34,650 nucleotides of DNA from Promethearchaeota archaeon (lineage in GTDB: Archaea; Asgardarchaeota; Thorarchaeia; Thorarchaeales; Thorarchaeaceae): positions 1 through 34,650 of the forward strand of contig WJMJ01000120.1 of the NCBI GenBank assembly GCA_014728035.1. The letters are read 5' to 3'. The first letter of the stretch is position 1, and each line of letters starts with the position of its first letter. The notes under the pieces are model-generated. The model saw nothing but the letters and a program-made list of their open reading frames with translations. It did not search any database and had not been told where the DNA came from. Positions 1 through 9,772 of the stretch are shown in pieces. The position numbers and the translations under genes were made by a program.

Positions 1-140
1 AGGAGTTTATATGGAGTGATCTGGAATAGAGATTTGGTCTACAGACACAGGATCCCTGACCAGGACCGAGCCAGTTCCAGTACCGTTTCTGGACGGACAA
101 AGCTCGGGTGTCTAAGTTTGTCCAACTAAAAATGAACGGT
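1..140. mobile_element. End of a probable multicopy IS-like element (left copy, truncated by window edge)
   Basis: 3..140 is the exact reverse complement of 34513..34650. Identity stops abruptly after ...AAAAATGAACGGT. The segment is more GC-rich than its flanks and contains several hairpins. Confidence 0.7.
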
Positions 141-236
141 GTGAATGTAACTGGAATTAGAGAAGTATGTTATACGAAGTTAGATTAGACCTACTCAATA
201 CACATTTCACTCCCAAAATAGTATAGAAATACGGGA

Positions 237-1331
237 CTATCCATATTCCTTCAATACTTCTAAAAATCCGTAATAGGCAGGTTTAGGATTACAATTATTA
301 TCAAACAATAGAGGACCCACAGGAAAGCTCATCCTGTCATTCTGCCAACTGTCTCCGTCACGTAGACCCCATAACGTTATACCATATTGCTGGTCTTCAG
401 GAACCGAGAAGTAGGCCGTAACGATATCTTCAACAATTCGTTGTTGTTCTTCTTTCAGAACATTATCATACCACAAATGAGATCCATCATTTGCCACAAC
501 GTCCATTTCGGATATGTGAATCAATAATCCAAGATCTGCTAGTTCAGTAAGCGCAGCTTGCATCTCAGCTAGATCTGGAGCATCTTCTGTGTTTGTATAA
601 TGCATGTGAATTCCAATACCATGAATTGGAACACCATCATCTAACAAGTTTTTAATCAAAGCTTTGACCACATCTAGTTTTTGCCCAGTGAATCGAAGAC
701 CATAGTCACTATAGAATAATAACGCATCAGGGTCGAGACTGTGAGTATATCTAAACATATCAGCTATATAGTCAGGTCCCATTTTTTCTAAGTAAGAGGT
801 TGGCTCAAATGAAAACCCTGTACCATTCCAATAGAATGCCTCATTTACAACATCATAAGATGTGATGTTACCTTTGTATCGTGTTACAACATTCTTCACC
901 CATTTCTTTGTATAATTGGTGAAATCAGTTGGATTCAGGTCGTTCATCCATTCTGGAAGACTTTCATCCCAAATCAGTGTATGAGCGTGCATCCGAAGAT
1001 TGTTTTCCTGAGCGAAGTTCACAAGATAATCGCTTCCATTGAAATCAAACACATCTCTTTCTCCATTGATAGCATATTGTTTGAATTCAAATTCAGGAGA
1101 TATCGAGTTGAAACTGTGAAACAGAGTTGTTCTGTAAATGTCTGAATCTTCATGTCCTTCTTTCAGATACCAGCTCTGAGTAGCTACTCCGATAGGAAAA
1201 GGTGCATCTTGACATAGAGAGTCATCATCTGATGGAAAATTATTACTGTCTTGTAAGAAGAATTGAATTCCACCAATCATAATGATTAGAATGAGGATTA
1301 ATCCAATCCATAGTTTCTTGGATGCAGGCAT
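237..1331 (-). CDS. Endo-1,4-beta-xylanase, glycoside hydrolase family 10, with N-terminal signal/anchor
   Basis: GH10 motifs HTLIW, YDVVNEA (acid/base Glu), GIGIHMH, ISEMDV (nucleophile Glu), WGLRD and PKPAY; hydrophobic N-terminus. Confidence 0.92.
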   Translation of the reverse strand: MPASKKLWIGLILILIIMIGGIQFFLQDSNNFPSDDDSLCQDAPFPIGVATQSWYLKEGHEDSDIYRTTLFHSFNSISPEFEFKQYAINGERDVFDFNGSDYLVNFAQENNLRMHAHTLIWDESLPEWMNDLNPTDFTNYTKKWVKNVVTRYKGNITSYDVVNEAFYWNGTGFSFEPTSYLEKMGPDYIADMFRYTHSLDPDALLFYSDYGLRFTGQKLDVVKALIKNLLDDGVPIHGIGIHMHYTNTEDAPDLAEMQAALTELADLGLLIHISEMDVVANDGSHLWYDNVLKEEQQRIVEDIVTAYFSVPEDQQYGITLWGLRDGDSWQNDRMSFPVGPLLFDNNCNPKPAYYGFLEVLKEYG

Positions 1332-1567
1332 AACTCACTATCTCTTGTTGAGTAATATAATCTAAATTTGGATAAACTAGGAAACCAATCATTGATGTCT
1401 ATCCAGTAAGAGTGAATGCTTTCAAGATTATTACCAAGAACTTGAATAGAATGTGAATCTATGATCAAATTCTATAAAATTACGCCCATTTCTTGAACTT
1501 TCTTAATTCTTTTAGTATTAGTAGACTAGTAGTACATAGCTAACTTTCTGCCCCGGGAGGTAGAACT

Positions 1568-3109
1568 ATGAGATCAATTAGGAGATTTAGAAAAAACCAA
1601 AAACAAATTTTTAGTACTGTGATTATTCTATTAGTTTTCATCACCTGCTTAAGTATAACAACAATAAGACCAATCACGAATTCTTTTGCTGAAGACGGAT
1701 TCTTATCAGAAAGTAAAACAGAAACTCAGAAAAACAGTATACATATGGATGATTTTGATTCGACATTTATCGCAGATTCAGATGAATGGGATATGGGATT
1801 GGGTCATGACGCTTCGGATTCGCTTCCTGGAGATTTGGTTGGATTCTTCTATGCTACTGGCGGAATGATTGACTATAATTCTGGATTTGAAACGGATGCT
1901 TACAAATTCTGGCTTGAAAAAGATGACGAAATACGAATTGCTTATGGCTATAATGCAGAATGGATTGAGACCGATATAATTGTTAGTCTATACGACCAGT
2001 CGGGAAATTGGTTGTTGAATGTACCTCTTAATTCATATGAATATTTTACATTGACAGAAGAATCTCAATACATGAGTCTGTTTGTGGAAACCTCCAATGT
2101 TGATCCTTCTGAATCTTTTTCAATAGAGTATCAAATAGAAGTAATAGTTGTTGATGGTCAAGAAGATTTCAATACAATTGGAGATGCTTCTGAAAGCGAT
2201 CCACAACTTGTTCAACCTGGAACATATTTCAATGTATTTTCCACAGGCCTCGAGGTAGATAGTTTTAATATTCGAATGGATGCTGAGCAGACATTAACAG
2301 TCACAGTAGAACCAATAGATGAATCATCCGAAATATCCCGTTTTCAATTAACACCTGTTATAGGTCCATCTAAGACAGGAGATATCGGTGAGTCAGTTGT
2401 AGCAAGTTCTACAACACCTTCTGATTTTGTGTATCGAGAGTATAAAACTGAAATCAGATTACCTGGTCTAGTGGATTCCTTTCCTTATGGAGTGTACTAC
2501 TATGTAACTATCGAGCTCACTGATGTAGGGACAATAGACTTAGAACCCACCGAGGATATCTCTGTTCTCACATTATCAGGAGAAGAGGGGACTCGTACAT
2601 ATCAGGCTGCTTTAGAGGCTAAGAAAGGCGGTGCAAGTAATAGTCGAGATCGTGACTTATTCTGGGTTGATGACGATACTTGTCCAGTCGGTTCACAGAT
2701 CACTTTAGACCGACTATGGATTGTTAGTAGTGAAGGAGATGAAGTTGAATATACAGAAGTGCATTTCGGAGTATATCTTGAGAATGAAGATGGAGCTCCA
2801 ACTTATGATTTTGGAGCAACGGACATAACTGTAACCTACATGGGTCTCGGTGACATCACAAACGAAGAAGGGCTTCAGTACGAATTTGAGCTTGAATTGT
2901 ATGGAGATTGGGATATCGATTGCGGCCCAAGTAATATCATCTATAGATTTACTCTTACAATTGAACATCCAACTGAAACCGCCGCTGATATGACTCCACT
3001 TATAGCAGGTGTGGGAATAGTAGGAATTGGTATAGCAGCAATTGTAATCCTGTATATTGCCAATGAAAAGAATTTATTGGGAAACATTTTTGGGAGCTTC
3101 TTTGACTAG
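1568..3109 (+). CDS. Secreted, C-terminally membrane-anchored acidic surface protein (beta-rich, PPC-like repeats possible)
   Basis: GGAGGT SD. Basic plus hydrophobic signal peptide, D/E/T/S-rich body with recurring D-x-[YF] beta motifs, and a C-terminal TM helix. Confidence 0.7.
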   Translation: MRSIRRFRKNQKQIFSTVIILLVFITCLSITTIRPITNSFAEDGFLSESKTETQKNSIHMDDFDSTFIADSDEWDMGLGHDASDSLPGDLVGFFYATGGMIDYNSGFETDAYKFWLEKDDEIRIAYGYNAEWIETDIIVSLYDQSGNWLLNVPLNSYEYFTLTEESQYMSLFVETSNVDPSESFSIEYQIEVIVVDGQEDFNTIGDASESDPQLVQPGTYFNVFSTGLEVDSFNIRMDAEQTLTVTVEPIDESSEISRFQLTPVIGPSKTGDIGESVVASSTTPSDFVYREYKTEIRLPGLVDSFPYGVYYYVTIELTDVGTIDLEPTEDISVLTLSGEEGTRTYQAALEAKKGGASNSRDRDLFWVDDDTCPVGSQITLDRLWIVSSEGDEVEYTEVHFGVYLENEDGAPTYDFGATDITVTYMGLGDITNEEGLQYEFELELYGDWDIDCGPSNIIYRFTLTIEHPTETAADMTPLIAGVGIVGIGIAAIVILYIANEKNLLGNIFGSFFD

Positions 3110-3155
3110 AGGAGCTCTCAACTCTCCTTTTTCATGATAATCATTTGCAGAAAAA

Positions 3156-4484
3156 TTATGGTGATGGTAAGAAGATATCATCTGCTGAATGATCAGTTTG
3201 CTCATGGATATTTTCCAAATACTCGGTCAACTGTTTATGGACATAAGCTAGTGAGTGATAACCAAATGTAGCGAGTCGATAATTTCTCGTTCGAGCATCG
3301 GTTATTGATAAATCAGTTATTATTTCTTGAATACAATCCATTTTTTCTAGTTTGCTGATGTTTGTTGATACAGTCGATTTTGGTTTTGAGATTTTTTCTT
3401 TTAACTGGCTAACATTGAGAGTCGCGGGAAAATTACGAGCAAATTCTATTAATATTGTAACGGGTGTTCCTAATAGAGCTTGAACTACTTCTATTTGGTC
3501 TCTGGACAATAAGGCTTGTTTTTGCTCTTGCAGTGTGAGAAACTGTTTGTATTCCTTTCTCGACTTCACGATATCCTCAACGTTTGTGATTACCTGTTTC
3601 ATCTCGGCTAAGAGTTCCATTATCAACTCCTCTTTGTTGTTCTGAAACAGATCAAAGAGCCATTCTGTAAATTCGTAAAGCTTCTGGAATTTCTGTTGGT
3701 TTCGTTCTAGTTTTTCTCGTACAAGGATTTCTTCTGTCACATTCTCATGATGGATGAGGACATATTCTACTGTACCTTCTGAATTAGTTAATGGAATGAA
3801 TGTGCTCTCGAAACATAACGGCGCATCTTGAAATTTTCCATCAACTTGGATAGGATTAACCCATCGTGGAGGCATTACGGTTACCTTCCCGTTTAGGGCT
3901 CGGTCGAAGAAAGGAAGAATGCCAATCTCTTCAAAATATCCTGAATCAATAAATGACAAGTCTTTGGGAGGTGCTAGTTTATGTGCTTCAATGAATGCAG
4001 TATTGACCCAGATGGAGTGTCCTTCTCGATCAAAAAGCTGTACTGGATTTGGATTCAATTTTGCAGCTTGAATAAACAATTCAGTGAGTGGTTCTTTATG
4101 AGTCCAAGTGATTTCTTCTATAGGTGAGAGTTCACGAAATACAAATTCAATTGTTTCTTTTTCTGTTTCATCTACGTAATGAAAATTCACATAGAATTTC
4201 TTAGTTCCTTCTGGAGTAATACAGGCGATATCATTTGAACTATCTATGTTCCCTACATATTTCTCCTCACCAAGCATGAAGTGGAAACATTGGAACACTT
4301 TACTCTCATGACCATCCAAGAAAATATTGTCTATGTGTTGTCCAATCAATTTTTCAGAGGTAAATCCAAAGAATTTTTCCACGTTTAATGTGCAACTGAT
4401 AATTATACCAGTTAGATTCACTCTAATGATAGCAAAAGGAAAGTCGTCAGGTAGATTCGCTAGGAGAGAACTATTTGGTTTCAT
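3156..4484 (-). CDS. PAS-domain one-component regulator with C-terminal MarR-like winged HTH
   Basis: Two PAS-like segments (EKFFGFTSEKLIG; LFDREG..WVNTAF), a coiled linker, and KSTVSTNISKLEK...DARTRNYRL wHTH. Confidence 0.8.
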   Translation of the reverse strand: MKPNSSLLANLPDDFPFAIIRVNLTGIIISCTLNVEKFFGFTSEKLIGQHIDNIFLDGHESKVFQCFHFMLGEEKYVGNIDSSNDIACITPEGTKKFYVNFHYVDETEKETIEFVFRELSPIEEITWTHKEPLTELFIQAAKLNPNPVQLFDREGHSIWVNTAFIEAHKLAPPKDLSFIDSGYFEEIGILPFFDRALNGKVTVMPPRWVNPIQVDGKFQDAPLCFESTFIPLTNSEGTVEYVLIHHENVTEEILVREKLERNQQKFQKLYEFTEWLFDLFQNNKEELIMELLAEMKQVITNVEDIVKSRKEYKQFLTLQEQKQALLSRDQIEVVQALLGTPVTILIEFARNFPATLNVSQLKEKISKPKSTVSTNISKLEKMDCIQEIITDLSITDARTRNYRLATFGYHSLAYVHKQLTEYLENIHEQTDHSADDIFLPSP

Positions 4485-4888
4485 GGAAAATATGCCTCTT
4501 ACATTACGAGTTCTTTTGGGTTAATTATCCATTTAGTTATATTCTTTATTTATTTCTTATTAGAATTGAGTCTTCATTCTTGCCTTTCGATAGTTATCCT
4601 ATCCACATTTGGTTGTAATAGATTCCATCTCCTTCACGGTATTCAAATTTGTAGCCAATTCTTTGAAAAATTGATTAAAAGGTTCTGTGGATTATTCTTA
4701 AGAACGTGCAAATCAAAGTCAAATTTGTTGTTTTCGCCATCCTGCTCCTACAAATGATGATTAACTAGAGGTAGTAATTCTTAACGAATATTCAATGATT
4801 CTAGCTTTGGTTATTGTGAAAATATTTGAATTAATCTATTAAAAAAATAAATATCCGTTATACTACAATGATGTCGAGGTGTGAGATA

Positions 4889-5302
4889 TTGACAGAAATT
4901 TCTAAACAGTCACTCCTTGATAGACTTAAACAATTACTAAACGAAAATGATGTTGAATATAAAGAAGAAGATACGGGAATCGCTTTTGTAGCCAATGATT
5001 CAGAGGGATATGATGTCACAATACGTGCGCAAATGAATGAAAAAGGCTCATGGCTCTATTTATTCGTGTTTGTAGGCAACCTTAGTGAAGTTGAATCTCA
5101 CAATAAAGAGAGAGTATACCAAGGTCTACTAAAAATGAATCTGGAAATATCGGGTGCAAAAGTAGCAATGGATAGCGATGAAGATTTCGTTATCATTGGT
5201 GAATCAAATGATATGGACCTCACATATAACGAGTTTCACGGTATAGTCGAGAATGTGATTGAAGCTGCGATATTGACTCACAAGGCTTTGGAGCAATTCT
5301 AA
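4889..5302 (+). CDS. YbjN / CesT-type chaperone-fold protein
   Basis: Acidic ~137 aa; LLKMN..ISGAKVAMDSD pattern typical of the YbjN/CesT fold. GAGGTG SD favours the TTG start at 4889 over 4868. Confidence 0.65.
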   Translation: MTEISKQSLLDRLKQLLNENDVEYKEEDTGIAFVANDSEGYDVTIRAQMNEKGSWLYLFVFVGNLSEVESHNKERVYQGLLKMNLEISGAKVAMDSDEDFVIIGESNDMDLTYNEFHGIVENVIEAAILTHKALEQF

Positions 5303-5658
5303 GAACTAATACATTATCTGTTTGAGTTATAAATGACGGTTAGGTTGTTTATTGAATTTCATCATATTGTAACAGAGAACTGGAAATATCTAACAAGAAT
5401 TGATGTGGTTCTTGTAAGGCTGGGACTTTAAATTCAGGAATATCAAAAGTTGACTATACTGAGTATCCCAAAGAAGCTTCAAGTCAGTATTTCTAGTTCT
5501 CTGAATGTGTTGGTTCACTCTTTTGATATTCAATCTTCTATCTATTATTTTTTGAATTATTCTGGAGTTTCGGATAAACTCTACCTTTTTCAATGTCAAT
5601 CTTAATTTAAGTTCTCAAAATTCGTTTCAATTATCGATTCTATAATGTTTATTGCGTG

Positions 5659-7821
5659 TTACCGCAACCACCACTTCTGCAACTGGTCACTTTTCTTTGA
5701 GGTCTCGATCAACCTCAGAATATATTCTCTAAAAACAGGTGAAACTATAGAATGTGATTTGGTAGATTCTTCTTTTTTTAGTTTGAGAGTAACTCCTATG
5801 TTTTGGAATGCTTGATGAATTTGTGAAAATTCTTCTACACTGCAATCGAGCTCAACCTGAAGTGACTTGCAAATATCAAACCCGTAGGCTGTCATGAATA
5901 ACTCGGTGATTTCGACTCTTTCATCCTTATTGATATAGAGAATTATATTTTCAGTTTCCTGTTTTCGACGTTCTAAGATTTCAGGAACGAGAACTGTAAT
6001 CTCAGGATATTTGTTTGAACTGCCTTCGATATCCAATCCAATTGAACTTCCCCCTCTTTCAATTTGGTCCTTGTAAATCGATAATATGTACTCTTTGCGT
6101 TTAGAATCAGAGGAAAGCTCCAAAGCTTCTCCTAATTCACGTTCACCAGCTATTACAAATCCTAAGCCTTCCAAACCGAGAGTATCTTTAAGGCAGTTGA
6201 TGAGGTGAAGAAATTTCCACTTATGTTCTTGATGATCCATGAGAAAAGAGTATAGAGTTCGAATTTGTTCTATATTCCAATAATAGTTGGGTACATCATA
6301 GTAGTGTATCCATCTTTGCAGGGATGGATTGACTCTGTTACATGCTTCCTTACTGAATAGAGTTACAACATATCCATATGTATTGAACTTAAGATCGTTT
6401 AGCTTGTGACAACCAATAAGGAAACTGATATCTGAAGCATCATGACGAAAACTGTCTAAATGAAATAGCTCTAAATCATCACAATAAGCTAATGGCATTA
6501 GGTCGATATCCATATTTTCTCTGACTTTGTGAATAGTTAGATGCTTTAGTTTTGTATCTGCTAATGGAGCTAAGTCTAGAGTCCGGAGACTATCCAAATT
6601 TTCCAGCTGCAACTCTGTTAGATTACTACCAGATAAAGGCGATAAATCAAGTTCTTGAATTTTTTTTCCCGAGATATGTAGTTTTGTAAGACTAACAATT
6701 TTCGAAAGGGGAGAAAAATCCAATGCTTCCAGATTCCCTAAGTTCAGTTTAATGTCTTGGATTGTTGTCGATTCAAGAGGACTCAGGTCTATGTTTCTGA
6801 GCTGGGCTAATTTCAGGACTAGTTTCTTCAAAGACTGCGAGTTCTTTAAGGGGAAAAGACTGAGAGTTTCTAATTTATCCACTTCTACTATCTCTATTTC
6901 CTCGAGATTTGGTTGACTGATTACAGAGGGAAGATGTATCTCTATGAGGTTCAGACATTCTATGATTCTGAAAGTTCTAAGGGCGGGTATAGGACCAAAG
7001 GATGATGAATCTATTCTTTTAATTCCCCTACAATAATCAAAAGAAACTACTTCTATTGTTTCTGATTTTGGAAGAAGGATATTTTGACTATGGACATATT
7101 CTAAATCAAGAGTTTTTATTTTAGATTCTGATAGAGGACGTAAATCTAATACAACTTTACCAAATGATGAGATTCTCAAATACTCGATTGATGAGTGTGA
7201 AATACCCGCTAAGTCAAGTGTTGATAAACTATAGAAGCTCAGTTCAAGTTTCTGTAGAGATGGTAGTGCTGCGAGTGGTGTTAGGTCTATCTTCTTTAGA
7301 TTCTCTGAACGAATGATAATTGATTCCAGTGAATGTGAGTTTGCAAGTGGCGATAAATCAATCACCTTCAATCCATCAAGATTCAATTCTAGTGTTTTCA
7401 ATGAAGGGAGAAATGCTAGTGGTTGCAAATCAATAGAAGATAGTTTTGGAAATTCTAATATTATATTTGTTATTTCAGGGGAGCTAGAAAGAGGAGCTAG
7501 ATCAATAGTATCTATCTCTCGAATGCAAATATGAAATTCTTCTAGTGACTGTGAATCAAATAGTGTGAGAGATTCCACTGCTCCAAAATTGATATCACAA
7601 TTTTTGAGTGTGGTCATTCTGGATAATGGAGATAAGTCAAGTACTTCAACATCCATACCATTCATTTGGATAATATTTCCCTTTACTAGTTGAGAGATGT
7701 TGGTTAAGTCAATCGATTTTAGATTAGGTGTTTTGATCAATATCGATTTTGTATCTAACGGATATTCAAGATAGCTTTCTGAACCGTCCACATTGATGAA
7801 TGGAATCTTGACTTCTTTCAT
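5659..7821 (-). CDS. Leucine-rich repeat protein (paralogue 1)
   Basis: Many LxxLDLSPL repeats of ~22-25 aa; C-terminal domain shared with 11756 and 13987. Confidence 0.9.
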   Translation of the reverse strand: MKEVKIPFINVDGSESYLEYPLDTKSILIKTPNLKSIDLTNISQLVKGNIIQMNGMDVEVLDLSPLSRMTTLKNCDINFGAVESLTLFDSQSLEEFHICIREIDTIDLAPLSSSPEITNIILEFPKLSSIDLQPLAFLPSLKTLELNLDGLKVIDLSPLANSHSLESIIIRSENLKKIDLTPLAALPSLQKLELSFYSLSTLDLAGISHSSIEYLRISSFGKVVLDLRPLSESKIKTLDLEYVHSQNILLPKSETIEVVSFDYCRGIKRIDSSSFGPIPALRTFRIIECLNLIEIHLPSVISQPNLEEIEIVEVDKLETLSLFPLKNSQSLKKLVLKLAQLRNIDLSPLESTTIQDIKLNLGNLEALDFSPLSKIVSLTKLHISGKKIQELDLSPLSGSNLTELQLENLDSLRTLDLAPLADTKLKHLTIHKVRENMDIDLMPLAYCDDLELFHLDSFRHDASDISFLIGCHKLNDLKFNTYGYVVTLFSKEACNRVNPSLQRWIHYYDVPNYYWNIEQIRTLYSFLMDHQEHKWKFLHLINCLKDTLGLEGLGFVIAGERELGEALELSSDSKRKEYILSIYKDQIERGGSSIGLDIEGSSNKYPEITVLVPEILERRKQETENIILYINKDERVEITELFMTAYGFDICKSLQVELDCSVEEFSQIHQAFQNIGVTLKLKKEESTKSHSIVSPVFREYILRLIETSKKSDQLQKWWLR

Positions 7822-7954
7822 TTAACAATCCTTCTGATTTCCTCGCAGATAGTTTTAGCTTTTTCTTTATGAAGGATGAGGGTCTAAAAGTTTGTTTTGC
7901 AGATAAATTAAATAGCGTGTTATTAGATTATTTGTCAATTTAGGAGAGAGATAT

Positions 7955-8236
7955 GTGGCAGAAATACGCGAGAATGTGAAAACATTCGTAACTTGGCAGA
8001 GGACGTTGTTATTTTTTCAAATATGCATCATATTGGGAATCTTAGTTCAGGGAATTATATTCGCAACTTTGCTTTGGTGGGGAAGACCTCCTTTATCAAA
8101 TCTAGCCTTAGTGCTCCAATTCTATCAAGTTCTTGCCTTTTGGGTCCTTACCATAAACGCTAGTGTAATTCTATTTTGGTGGGTGACTAAGAATGGTAGA
8201 GTAGACACAATTACTACAGAAATACCGGAACAATAG
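7955..8236 (+). CDS. Small two-TM membrane protein
   Basis: Two hydrophobic segments; GGAG SD upstream. Confidence 0.65.
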   Translation: MAEIRENVKTFVTWQRTLLFFQICIILGILVQGIIFATLLWWGRPPLSNLALVLQFYQVLAFWVLTINASVILFWWVTKNGRVDTITTEIPEQ

Positions 8237-8364
8237 GTTGTTTCAAAGTCCCAGTTCTAAATTTTTTTTGTTTATCCGGATAGGGACTTTATTTTTATTT
8301 ATTTTTAAATCAATTAATTTATTATCGAAAAAAGATATATGAATTCAAGAGTGGTAACGCTTGG

Positions 8365-8970
8365 TTGATAACTATGGGAAACGAGGACATTATTCAGACT
8401 ATTTTTGATGAAGTAATGGAAGAAATCGAAGAAGAAATTGAAGAAGCATTTGATAAAATTCTTAGCAAAAAGAAGATCGAAAAGACAATTTCAAAGATTG
8501 AAGATGACGTGAAAGATGATGTCATGAAAGTCATCAAGAAGAATTATTCTGACGATATGTCTGATAAAGATAAACGAAAATTAGGGGGCAAACTTGCAAA
8601 GATTATTCTTAAATCTACTAATAAACGGATTTCAAAGCTAGTCGGAAGAATTGTACGAAAAGCCATGGAACTAAGCCTTGTTCTAGAGCATGAAATTATT
8701 GACGAAGTCTTTGAAGAAACTGAAGAATACGAAGATGAGGAGGAAGAAGAATCTGATGGAGATGAGGGAGAAGAAGATGAAGATGATGAAGAGGAAGATG
8801 AGGGAGAGGAAGAAGACGAAGACGAGGTAGAATCCACTGAAGATGAAGATGGCGAAGAAAAAAGTGAACCAGAGGAAGCAGAAGAGAAATCTGAAGAGGT
8901 TACTACAGAGGTAGAAGAAGAAAAGGCCAAGGAAAAAGTCGAAGACAAGACCCCAATAGGTATTGAATGA
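8365..8970 (+). CDS. Hypothetical helical protein with long D/E-rich tail
   Basis: Lys-rich helical core followed by a ~80-aa acidic low-complexity region. True start may be the ATG at 8374. Confidence 0.75.
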   Translation: MITMGNEDIIQTIFDEVMEEIEEEIEEAFDKILSKKKIEKTISKIEDDVKDDVMKVIKKNYSDDMSDKDKRKLGGKLAKIILKSTNKRISKLVGRIVRKAMELSLVLEHEIIDEVFEETEEYEDEEEEESDGDEGEEDEDDEEEDEGEEEDEDEVESTEDEDGEEKSEPEEAEEKSEEVTTEVEEEKAKEKVEDKTPIGIE

Positions 8971-9038
8971 TTAGTTGGATATTTTTATCCTAAATACCTG
9001 AGAAGAACTGAAGTAACATACGAATGACTTTTGTTACT

Positions 9039-9656
9039 TCATTTTTCTTTTTCTTGTTTTATTATCTCTCTAAGAAGCGTAGTAGCTTTTTTTTGATAGG
9101 CTTCATCTATTCCAATACCTTCCTCTCGTATCGAGAGTAACGTGTGTAGCTCGGTATAGAAACTCAACTCTCTTTCTATTCCATGAATAAGCAATAGGGA
9201 TTCAGCAGCTGCATATCTAACAAGATATTCATTATCCTTTAATGTAGAGTAGAGAGCTTTAGTAACACTGGGAGTACCATACAAGGCTAGCCTTCTTGCA
9301 GCAGTTCTTCTAATAGTCCAGTGATAGTCTTCAGAAAGAAAATTGAGTATGTATGAGATGTACTCTGTTGTACCTTCCAGTTCATTAAGTGAAATTGCTA
9401 TTTCTATACCCCGTATCGGATCAATCTCAGATAACAGCTGTTTCATTACAGGAATGGCTTTTTTGGATTTTAGCTCTCGAAGACCAATTATTGGATAATA
9501 TCCCCCATCTATCATAGCTTTAATCAACAAATCTTCTGCTTTTTTCCTTTCTTCTCCATTTAGAAATGTTACAGTAGATATATCTATACCACCATCATAT
9601 TCCATTCTGGATTTTCCAAAATACTCCTCTGTAAATCGTTTCCATTCCTTAGACAA
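9039..9656 (-). CDS. HEAT-repeat (PBS lyase-like) protein
   Basis: IRRTAARRLA and LKDNEYLVRYAAAESL HEAT motifs. Confidence 0.8.
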   Translation of the reverse strand: MSKEWKRFTEEYFGKSRMEYDGGIDISTVTFLNGEERKKAEDLLIKAMIDGGYYPIIGLRELKSKKAIPVMKQLLSEIDPIRGIEIAISLNELEGTTEYISYILNFLSEDYHWTIRRTAARRLALYGTPSVTKALYSTLKDNEYLVRYAAAESLLLIHGIERELSFYTELHTLLSIREEGIGIDEAYQKKATTLLREIIKQEKEK

Positions 9657-9772
9657 ATGAAATTCCTCAAAATGATAATTTCTGAATAGATTGCGGATAT
9701 AATCTAGATAATCTCTCTTCTTAATTTACAAGAAATTAAATAATTCAGTTTTGTTATCCTATTTGATAATAT

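Noticed and set aside
60-140. Group II intron domain V/VI
   Set aside because: A GAGC...GCTC stem is present, but it lacks the GNRA loop, the AC bulge and the AY terminus.
4566-4757. 63-aa ORF in the divergent intergenic region
   Set aside because: TTG start without an SD, no recognisable motif, and it lies in an AT-rich promoter region.
8544-8948. Ser-rich minus-strand ORF
   Set aside because: Antisense shadow of the Glu/Asp codons of 8365..8970.
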